Assembly (NCBI RefSeq): GCF_030851345.1
Contig: NZ_JALPNU010000013.1
Span: 67,709-99,708 of the forward strand
Length of the DNA: 32,000 bases
Origin: Marinifilum sp. D714
GTDB taxonomy: Bacteria > Bacteroidota > Bacteroidia > Bacteroidales > Marinifilaceae
Direction of reading: 5' to 3'
Part shown: piece by piece, positions 25,093 through 32,000 of the stretch
How positions within the stretch are numbered: position 1 is the first letter of the stretch
Layout: every line of letters begins with the position of its first letter
Position numbers and translations under genes: made by a program
The notes under the pieces: model-generated
The model's input: only the letters and a program-made list of their open reading frames with translations
Told to the model about the DNA's origin: nothing
Databases searched by the model: none

Positions 25093-25709
25093 TGATGTTA
25101 AGGTGGTTGAGAGCGCCGGGAATAATCAGAAGGTTATTTCCCGACTTTGTGTGGAGGTACAATTCAGGTGAGAAAAAGGTTTATCTGACCTTTGATGATG
25201 GACCAATTCCAGAATCTACGATGTGGACCTTGGATTTGTTAAAAGAGAAAGGCATAAAAGCAACTTTTTTTTGCGTGGGAGACAATGTTCGTAAGTACCC
25301 TAATCTGTATCGAAGAATTGTAGAAGAGGGACATGCGATAGGCAATCATACTCACAATCACCTTAAAGGATGGTATATCAATACTCAAAAGTATGTTGAG
25401 AATGTTATTATGGCTTCTGAATTCATCGATTCTAAGCTATTTCGACCTCCGTATGGACTGATAAAGCGTTCGCAAGCAAGATACTTGCAAACCGATTATA
25501 AAATCATAATGTGGGATGTATTGAGTGGCGATTACAGACAAGACATTTCTCCTGAGAGATGTTATCGAGATGTCATGGAAAAAGTGCGTCCTGGTTCAAT
25601 ACTTCTTTTCCACAATCATCTAAAATCAGAAAAGAATATGCGCTATACAATTCCTCGCTTAATCGATGAATTGCACGCGCAAGGATATGAATTTGGTGTT
25701 TGCCATTAG
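25092..25709 (+). CDS. Polysaccharide deacetylase (NodB homology domain, CE4)
   Basis: 205 aa. NodB motifs are TFDDGP, H.HNH (GNHTHNHL), RPPYG and LFHN. The start overlaps the paralog-2 stop by 1 nt (TAATG). Confidence 0.85.
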   Translation: MMLRWLRAPGIIRRLFPDFVWRYNSGEKKVYLTFDDGPIPESTMWTLDLLKEKGIKATFFCVGDNVRKYPNLYRRIVEEGHAIGNHTHNHLKGWYINTQKYVENVIMASEFIDSKLFRPPYGLIKRSQARYLQTDYKIIMWDVLSGDYRQDISPERCYRDVMEKVRPGSILLFHNHLKSEKNMRYTIPRLIDELHAQGYEFGVCH

Positions 25710-25857
25710 AAAAAAACAAATTCATTGCATATCATTCAGGATAACTGCAATTGAATCCTTAAATTTGCTGTCGATCAATACCATTTTATAACAAAATCAT
25801 CTTTACTGATCAGGCTTTATCACTAGTATTGATGATGATATTCAATTTATTTGACAC

Positions 25858-27126
25858 ATGAAAGTACTTCTTTTGGGGTCTGGAGGCCGAGAGCATGCAT
25901 TCGCATGGAAATTCAATCAAAGCAAAAAACTGGAAAAACTTTTTGTTGCACCTGGAAATGCAGGTACGGCAGAAATAGCAGAAAATGTAAATCTTAATCC
26001 AAATGATTTTGATGGCATTAAGAAATTTGTTTTGGACAATGACATCAATATGGTGGTTGTTGGTCCTGAAGATCCATTGGTGAATGGAATTCACGATTTC
26101 TTTTTAAATGATGTGGAGATTAAAGAAATTCCGGTGATTGGACCAGAAAAATTGGGAGCTCAATTAGAGGGAAGTAAGGATTTTGCAAAGGAATTCATGT
26201 TCCGACACAATATCCCAACTGCAGCTTATAAAAGTATAACGACGGAAAATTTAGAGGAAGGATTGGCTTTTCTTGAGACAATGAAAGCTCCGTATGTGTT
26301 AAAAGCTGATGGTTTGGCAGCAGGTAAAGGGGTTTTGATTATTGAAGATCTTGATGAGGCCAAGAATTCATTGAAAGAGATGCTGGGCGGAATGTTCGGT
26401 GATGCTGGAAACCGTGTAGTAATCGAAGAATTCTTATCAGGAATTGAATTGTCTGTTTTTGTTTTAACTGATGGTAAATCATACCGAACTCTTGCCGAAG
26501 CTAAGGATTACAAAAGAATTGGTGAGGGCGATACCGGTTTGAATACGGGTGGAATGGGAGCTATTTCTCCAGTTCCATTTGCGAAAGGTGATTTTATGCA
26601 GAAAGTTGAAGAGCGTGTAATTGCTCCAACAATTGAAGGTCTGCAAAAGGACAATATCCCCTATAAAGGATTTGTATTTATTGGGCTAATGAATGTAGAG
26701 GGAGATCCTTATGTAATCGAGTACAATGTACGAATGGGTGATCCGGAAACAGAAGTGATTATGCCTAGAGTCAAATCAGATCTTTTGGAATTAATGGAAG
26801 CTGTATCTAAGCAAGAGTTAGATCAGGCTGATTTTGAAATGGACTCAAGAACTGTTTCAACTGTAATGTTGGTATCTGGAGGATATCCAGAAGCTTACGA
26901 AAAAGGAAAAGCGATCAAGAATCTTGAAAAAGTGGAAGGAAGTATCGTTTTCCATGCAGGTACAACAAATTCTAACGGAGATGTTGTTACCAATGGTGGG
27001 AGAGTAATTTCGGTTAGCTCTTATGGAGATAATCTCCAAGAAGCTTTGAGATCATCTTTTAAAAATGCTGAATTAATCGATTTTGAAGGTAAATACTACC
27101 GAAGAGATATCGGTTTCGACTTATAA
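25858..27126 (+). CDS. purD: Phosphoribosylamine--glycine ligase
   Basis: 422 aa. [18 protein letters not shown]..., an ATP-grasp core and the [10 protein letters not shown] motif. Confidence 0.95.
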   Translation: MKVLLLGSGGREHAFAWKFNQSKKLEKLFVAPGNAGTAEIAENVNLNPNDFDGIKKFVLDNDINMVVVGPEDPLVNGIHDFFLNDVEIKEIPVIGPEKLGAQLEGSKDFAKEFMFRHNIPTAAYKSITTENLEEGLAFLETMKAPYVLKADGLAAGKGVLIIEDLDEAKNSLKEMLGGMFGDAGNRVVIEEFLSGIELSVFVLTDGKSYRTLAEAKDYKRIGEGDTGLNTGGMGAISPVPFAKGDFMQKVEERVIAPTIEGLQKDNIPYKGFVFIGLMNVEGDPYVIEYNVRMGDPETEVIMPRVKSDLLELMEAVSKQELDQADFEMDSRTVSTVMLVSGGYPEAYEKGKAIKNLEKVEGSIVFHAGTTNSNGDVVTNGGRVISVSSYGDNLQEALRSSFKNAELIDFEGKYYRRDIGFDL

Positions 27127-27180
27127 AATAATCTATTGCGGTTTTCAGTAGGTCTGGAAACTGCAATCAAATATTTATAC

Positions 27181-28155
27181 ATGCTGCTAAAAACGCTTAA
27201 AGGGAGGCACTATTTGTTACTGTTTTTGGTGCCAATTTTACTCCTGTTCTTATGGATGAAGGCATTTATTTCTCCAGTATCTTTAACCCCAGGGCAAGAT
27301 CAAATGCCACTTTACGAATTACTTCAACAGATTACTGGGGGCAGCATTATCGCATTAAACATTGTTGGGGCGGTCATCTTAATTCTCCTGTCGCTTTTGG
27401 TAGTGCGATTAAACGAACGATATATTTTTATCAGGCAAAGAACCGATTTGCCAGCTTTTGTTTTTACTTTAATAGCAACGGGTACAGTTTCATTGTATGG
27501 AATGCATCCTGCACTATTGGCTAGTTTCTTACTGTTTTTTGCTATTGATTGCGTGTTTGCAATATATCACGGATCAAGAACCTTGGCTAAATCTTTCGAA
27601 GCAGGAATGTTTATAGGATTGGCTACAGTTACCTACCTTTTTTCGGGTGTTTACCTATTTTGGTTTTGGGTAGCTTTGGCATTTTTGGGATATTTTCGAC
27701 TTCGTGAAATTCTTGCAGGTTTGGTGGGCTTTTTATTGCCGGTATTTGTTGTTTTAAGTTGGTATTTCCTTAATGATAATTTGACGGGCTTACTTCAGAC
27801 TATAAGTTCATTATACAATTTTGAATTTAATGCTGAATATTCAATATTCCAGAAAGTATATTGGGGGATGTTAGCTGCTTTTGTTCTGATTGCTTCTGCA
27901 TTTATGGCGAATGTTGTGGAAGAGAAAAAAATCAGTTCGAGAAAATACTTCATGATTTTGTTTGTATTCTTTTTAACTGCGATTGGGAACTATTTTATTT
28001 TTTCTTCTGCTGGTACTGAATTATATTTTCTTCTTTTGATACCCACTACTTTTATTGTTAGTCATTACTTTGTTTTAAGCGGATATTCTTGGGTAAAGGA
28101 AATTTTGTTTATTCTTTTTGTAGTGGCCAGTATTTTGGTTCATTTTCTGGGATAA
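27181..28155 (+). CDS. Polytopic inner-membrane protein of unknown function (about 9-10 TM segments)
   Basis: The track ORF starts at a TTG at 27136; the ATG at 27181 (MLLKTLKGRHYLLLFLVPILLLF...) is more plausible. It is almost entirely hydrophobic helices. No family confidently recognised. Confidence 0.65.
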   Translation: MLLKTLKGRHYLLLFLVPILLLFLWMKAFISPVSLTPGQDQMPLYELLQQITGGSIIALNIVGAVILILLSLLVVRLNERYIFIRQRTDLPAFVFTLIATGTVSLYGMHPALLASFLLFFAIDCVFAIYHGSRTLAKSFEAGMFIGLATVTYLFSGVYLFWFWVALAFLGYFRLREILAGLVGFLLPVFVVLSWYFLNDNLTGLLQTISSLYNFEFNAEYSIFQKVYWGMLAAFVLIASAFMANVVEEKKISSRKYFMILFVFFLTAIGNYFIFSSAGTELYFLLLIPTTFIVSHYFVLSGYSWVKEILFILFVVASILVHFLG

Positions 28156-28158
28156 AAA

Positions 28159-28184
28159 ATGCCAACTCAAAAATGAGCTGGCAT
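28159..28184. terminator. Hairpin between convergent genes
   Basis: ATGCCAACTCA-AAAA-TGAGCTGGCAT is an 11-bp stem with one mismatch. Confidence 0.5.
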
Positions 28185-28206
28185 CTTCATAACAAAGTGG
28201 TTGTGA

Positions 28207-30081
28207 TTATTTCTCGATAATGTTTTCGGTATCAAATGCAGTTGCAACTAGATTATCCTCTTCATTATCGGTTACTGCGAATATAATGTCGTTGTAGTCC
28301 TTATCCCCATCAGGAAGCTTGATGTCTTCAAAACAAAGTACAATATCCTTACAGTTCTTTTCTATGAACAAAACATGCTGTTGGTTTCCAAATTCATTAA
28401 ACTCGGTATTGGTATAGTGCTTGTAAATGCCATCTGTGGTTGCACCATTTTTCCATCCTTTAGCAACTAGGCAGAAACCAATAACTGTATTTTCAGGGAA
28501 AGCTGCATCACCCAATTGAACTCTGTCTCCTGATTTTAATCCTCCGCCTTCTCCTTCTTTCGAGACATTAGGGAATAACATATGAAGTTCAATCTCATCT
28601 TCACCAGTTGGTGGGTTTTCAGCATCGTATGTATAGTAAGCCAAGGAGTTTCTCCATCCAGCTCCTTCATCAATAAATGTTAGGTACACAGGCGATTCTT
28701 TCTTCAATTTCAGAATCAATTTGCTTTCATCTGTAAATAAATCAGAATGATCGTCACGATTATCTTTGCCCGCAGGGAACATTGCAACAATGTTATCAAT
28801 TAATGTTGGACAAGGTTTAGTAGGGATGATGTCATCAGGAATACCTTCATCCAATTCAATGCTTAAAATTTTAAGACCACCAGTTCCAGCAGCAACAAAA
28901 ATGCATTCATCTTTAGATTCAACAAAATTTACTGATGCATCAAAAAACATACTACCCATTAGTAATACTTCATCATCTATTTCAGGAATGATAGCACCTA
29001 CATATAGTCCAGCACCACCATTACCAATTAATAACAGTTCTTCGTTTAAAGCAACGGAGTTGGTTACGTAGTTTTCATCTAATCTTCCTTCTGGTGTAGG
29101 CGGTCTATCGAAATGCTCAATAAGCTCACCTTCTAAATTTCTGATGTCAAGCCCACCTTCATTCAAAGCAGCAAGCAATAAGTCATCTGTAACGTCGATT
29201 TCTGTTTTTGATTCTGCTGTAACAGGTCCATTCAGGCCAATAAATTCAGGTCCTGATAAATCTGTAATAGAGAATTTATGCAACTGAGGAGTTGTTCCTT
29301 CTAAAACATAGATATGGTCAGTATTGATTGCAACAGATCTGGCATCATTAATATCTTTGTATCCAGCTAAAGTGAAATTGTGATTTAAAACAGTAAGTTT
29401 TCCGTTAGATCCACTGGTTACATAAATATAATCATCATCAACCTTAACATCTGTAGCTACGTATGAGGCAATATCATATGTGTTCGAAACATATAGGATT
29501 TGACCTGATTGGCTAAGTTCCATCTCAATAAGAATTGCTGGTGAATCAAATACAAACCCTGGAGTGTCAGGATCATGGGCACCTGCCAAATAGAGCTTTC
29601 CATTGTAATAATCTACAGCACTAATGTCAACATCGTGAAACATTGCTTGCGCCTGAAGAATTGGCTTTGTTTTGTCGGTTACATCGAACAATTCAACACC
29701 TCCATTGTATTCAGGACCTTTGGTGTTGTAGGTTACAAATGCCATTTCACCAACTATTTTAACGTGTGTTGCTTGAACATATTCACCTTTAACTTTTGGA
29801 GCCTCAACTTCGGCTCTTAATTTAAAGGCATAGTTTTTTGTTGGATCAATTTCAAAATCTGATTTGAATGACTTTGTTGATCCAGCTGGAATATCGTTTA
29901 CAATAACCAATTTATCGCTGTAAGTAACACGAGAACTTAAATCAGCGGCATTATTGATAATGTTAACCGATTGAATTACATCATCTTTTTTTTGTGGCTT
30001 TTCAGTCTCTTTAAAATTATCTTCTGAGCAAGATGAAACAATAGTAGCCAATAAGATAAAAAAGACTAAATACTTTTTCAT
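28207..30081 (-). CDS. Lipoprotein with LVIVD-like beta-propeller repeats and a C-terminal DUF4114 domain
   Basis: 624 aa. Lipobox ...LLATIVSS-C-SEDN. Repeated blades of the form hot-spot + G.(Y/F).(V/A).(A/G)..GG(L/V).(I/L) (for example GGVELFDVTDKTKPIL, GTGGLKILSIE). The C-terminal part is GAGWRNSLAYYTY...GDKDYNDIIFAVTD, which matches my memory of DUF4114. Confidence 0.65.
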   Translation of the reverse strand: MKKYLVFFILLATIVSSCSEDNFKETEKPQKKDDVIQSVNIINNAADLSSRVTYSDKLVIVNDIPAGSTKSFKSDFEIDPTKNYAFKLRAEVEAPKVKGEYVQATHVKIVGEMAFVTYNTKGPEYNGGVELFDVTDKTKPILQAQAMFHDVDISAVDYYNGKLYLAGAHDPDTPGFVFDSPAILIEMELSQSGQILYVSNTYDIASYVATDVKVDDDYIYVTSGSNGKLTVLNHNFTLAGYKDINDARSVAINTDHIYVLEGTTPQLHKFSITDLSGPEFIGLNGPVTAESKTEIDVTDDLLLAALNEGGLDIRNLEGELIEHFDRPPTPEGRLDENYVTNSVALNEELLLIGNGGAGLYVGAIIPEIDDEVLLMGSMFFDASVNFVESKDECIFVAAGTGGLKILSIELDEGIPDDIIPTKPCPTLIDNIVAMFPAGKDNRDDHSDLFTDESKLILKLKKESPVYLTFIDEGAGWRNSLAYYTYDAENPPTGEDEIELHMLFPNVSKEGEGGGLKSGDRVQLGDAAFPENTVIGFCLVAKGWKNGATTDGIYKHYTNTEFNEFGNQQHVLFIEKNCKDIVLCFEDIKLPDGDKDYNDIIFAVTDNEEDNLVATAFDTENIIEK

Positions 30082-30237
30082 AATTATTGAGGTTTTAATG
30101 TGTGACTTGATTTAATTATAAGCAAGTTACATTCTTTAATTGAAACCTAATTATTCATTATGGTAGAACATGAAAAAGTTTTGATGAAATTGTATTTTTC
30201 TTTTGTCAAAATCTTCAATAGATTGTTTGTGATGTAT

Positions 30238-31320
30238 TTAAGATTTATTGTTTTTAAAATGCTTATTTATCCATCTGGGAAGTAAGTAAACTCCAATAAA
30301 CAGATAAGGATAATATGATATTAAGCGCCAAATTAAGGCCATACTAGCAGCTAATCCTGCAGTAGGCAAGAAGTCACCTAGATATTGAGTAAATACCCAC
30401 TCTGAAAACCCACTACCACCAGGAGTTGGACTAACCAACATCATGATCCACATTACCAATTGTCTGGCAAATATCATGATGTGATCAGCAAAGCCATAGC
30501 CTTCCAACATAAATGCGACCAACATTGCATTGACTACCCAATATCTGGCTGTCCAAGACCAGAATGTAGCCATAAATGCTTTAAACCAAAACAAGAAAGG
30601 TTTTCTTCTGAGTTCTTTTGAACTTTCTATGATATCACTGCCTGCCTTATTGGCTCCATGTTTCCATTTGCGTAGGACAGGAAGCTTAAATATCCATAAA
30701 AGCAGCCATTTTAAGCCTCTTGGATTCCAAAAGAGCCCGTAGGTAAGCACGATTAGGTAAACAAGTTTCACCAAATATCCACCAAGTGCGAAATACAATA
30801 AAGAATCGAGCCAGATAGAATGCTCCGGAGATTCTATCATGAACAATTGTTTTACATTTAAAAGTAAAATCAATAATGGAAACATGATGATAAAATAGAG
30901 CTCATCTAAAAACGATGTAGACATTACAACAGCAGAACTTCTTCCTACTTTAAGTCCCTCTTTGTTTAGATAAAGAATGGCAACCGAAGTTCCTCCAATT
31001 GCCGAAGGCGTGATTGCTGATGTAAACTCCCAAAGCATGATGATGCGAAATGCTTTGCCCCAGGAAAATTTTCTGTCGGTAAGGATTCTCAATCGAGCCA
31101 TATAGCCTAAATCTCGAATCACCATCATTAAAAGTGCAATGAAAAGCCAAAAAACTGTATACCAGGTAAACTCTATTAAGGAGAATGTATTGGCATCAAC
31201 TTCTTTTACCAACATGTACACAACTACTGCCAATCCAATTAAAATAGGATAGATTATCCTACTTGGTCGGACGCCATGCAATAATTTCTTCGGTGAACTT
31301 TGTTTGTCAGTTATTTCCAT
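30238..31320 (-). CDS. UPF0104 / LPG-synthase-TM (flippase-like) membrane protein
   Basis: 360 aa with about 8 TM segments. It has the characteristic late motif SPTPGGSGFSEW and a basic loop between its two halves. Confidence 0.7.
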   Translation of the reverse strand: MEITDKQSSPKKLLHGVRPSRIIYPILIGLAVVVYMLVKEVDANTFSLIEFTWYTVFWLFIALLMMVIRDLGYMARLRILTDRKFSWGKAFRIIMLWEFTSAITPSAIGGTSVAILYLNKEGLKVGRSSAVVMSTSFLDELYFIIMFPLLILLLNVKQLFMIESPEHSIWLDSLLYFALGGYLVKLVYLIVLTYGLFWNPRGLKWLLLWIFKLPVLRKWKHGANKAGSDIIESSKELRRKPFLFWFKAFMATFWSWTARYWVVNAMLVAFMLEGYGFADHIMIFARQLVMWIMMLVSPTPGGSGFSEWVFTQYLGDFLPTAGLAASMALIWRLISYYPYLFIGVYLLPRWINKHFKNNKS

Positions 31321-31471
31321 GCTACTTTTTGTGGAAAATAAAATTACACAAATAAAAAACTTAAATCACAATGTATTGGTGAACTATTTGTTAAAAATAT
31401 CTAAATATAAGAAGTATAAAATATTCCATCCTTTTTTCTATTTTTATTAAACTAACGATATAAAGTTTACT

Positions 31472-32000
31472 ATGCCGACAAATCAATCAGCTCAAAAATT
31501 TGGAACTGCTCCAGTCTTTTTTACCGCAATATCTACAATATTAGGTGCCATATTGTTTTTACGATTTGGCTATGCAGTAGGAAGTGTTGGTTTCTGGGGA
31601 GTAATATTTATTATTTTATTAGGACATGCAGTTACCATACCTACCGCTTTTGCAATATCTGAAATTGCAACCAATAAACGTGTTGAGGGAGGAGGGGAAT
31701 ACTTTATTATATCCAGATCGTTCGGTTTAAATATTGGAGCTACCATTGGTTTGGCTTTGTTTATGTCGCAAGCCATAAGTGTAGCATTTTACATTATTGC
31801 ATTTACCGAAGCTTTTGAGCCAGTTTTTAATTGGGTACGTGAAACATATGGATATCATCTACCCAGGCAAGTTGTAAGTATTCCTGCCATGTTAATTCTT
31901 TCGGCATTGATCTTGAAAAAAGGTGCCAACCTGGGAGTGAAAGCTCTTTATTTTGTGGTAGCAATTCTTTTTATTTCATTGGCCTTGTTTTTTCTAGGAT
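31472..32000 (+). CDS. APC-superfamily permease, SLC12 cation:chloride-cotransporter-like (N-terminal 176 aa; continues past the right edge)
   Basis: Hand translation from ATG 31472 gives MPTNQSAQKFGTAPVFFTAISTILGAILFLRFGYAVGSVGFWGVIFIILLGHAVTIPTAFAISEIATNKRVEGGGEYFIISRSFG.... It stays open to the window end. Confidence 0.75.
   Translation, partial: MPTNQSAQKFGTAPVFFTAISTILGAILFLRFGYAVGSVGFWGVIFIILLGHAVTIPTAFAISEIATNKRVEGGGEYFIISRSFGLNIGATIGLALFMSQAISVAFYIIAFTEAFEPVFNWVRETYGYHLPRQVVSIPAMLILSALILKKGANLGVKALYFVVAILFISLALFFLG

Noticed and set aside
25710-25857. ZTP or purine riboswitch upstream of purD
   Set aside because: The 148-bp leader is AT-rich. It lacks the GC-rich conserved helices and the pseudoknot core of those riboswitch classes.

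Overview
Low-GC chromosomal segment that looks like Bacteroidota. Evidence: TAnnTTTG -7 boxes in front of both tRNAs and the efflux operon, almost no Shine-Dalgarno sequences, FtsX-type tripartite efflux genes, DUF2723 GT-C proteins, and an SSC-lipobox lipoprotein. Left to right: (1) a five-gene minus-strand efflux operon (ATPase, two FtsX permeases, HlyD adaptor, TolC-like OMP cut by the window edge). (2) A dGTPase-like HD hydrolase plus a small secreted protein. (3) A gap with three TTACGTAA palindromes spaced exactly 21 bp apart, upstream of a 49-aa ORF. (4) A co-oriented pair of secreted proteins, a purple-acid-phosphatase-like metallophosphoesterase and a CotH-kinase-like protein. (5) An orphan 235-aa helical acidic protein with its own terminator. 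(6) A 1.06-kb stretch with no convincing gene that holds an 11-unit 21-bp (84-bp higher-order) tandem array. (7) Hsp20 and HtrA/DegQ stress genes. (8) A radical-SAM protein with CX4CX2C spacing, divergent from acylphosphatase. (9) Two identical tRNA-Gln(UUG) genes, each with its own promoter and terminator, bracketing a 121-aa ORF and a hairpin-rich non-coding stretch. (10) Two tandem about 1020-aa DUF2723/TMEM260-like GT-C membrane proteins, the second overlapping a CE4 polysaccharide deacetylase start by 1 nt. (11) purD, a polytopic membrane protein, an LVIVD-like propeller/DUF4114 lipoprotein, a UPF0104 flippase-like protein, and the start of an SLC12/APC-type permease. I saw no transposase, integrase, CRISPR array or recognisable defence genes. 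Most of the window is ordinary housekeeping or envelope content. The items I cannot explain are the 21-bp/84-bp array, the phased TTACGTAA sites, the CotH-like/phosphoesterase pair and the GT-C/GT-C/deacetylase unit. All calls come from reading the sequence and ORF track by eye; no searches were run.
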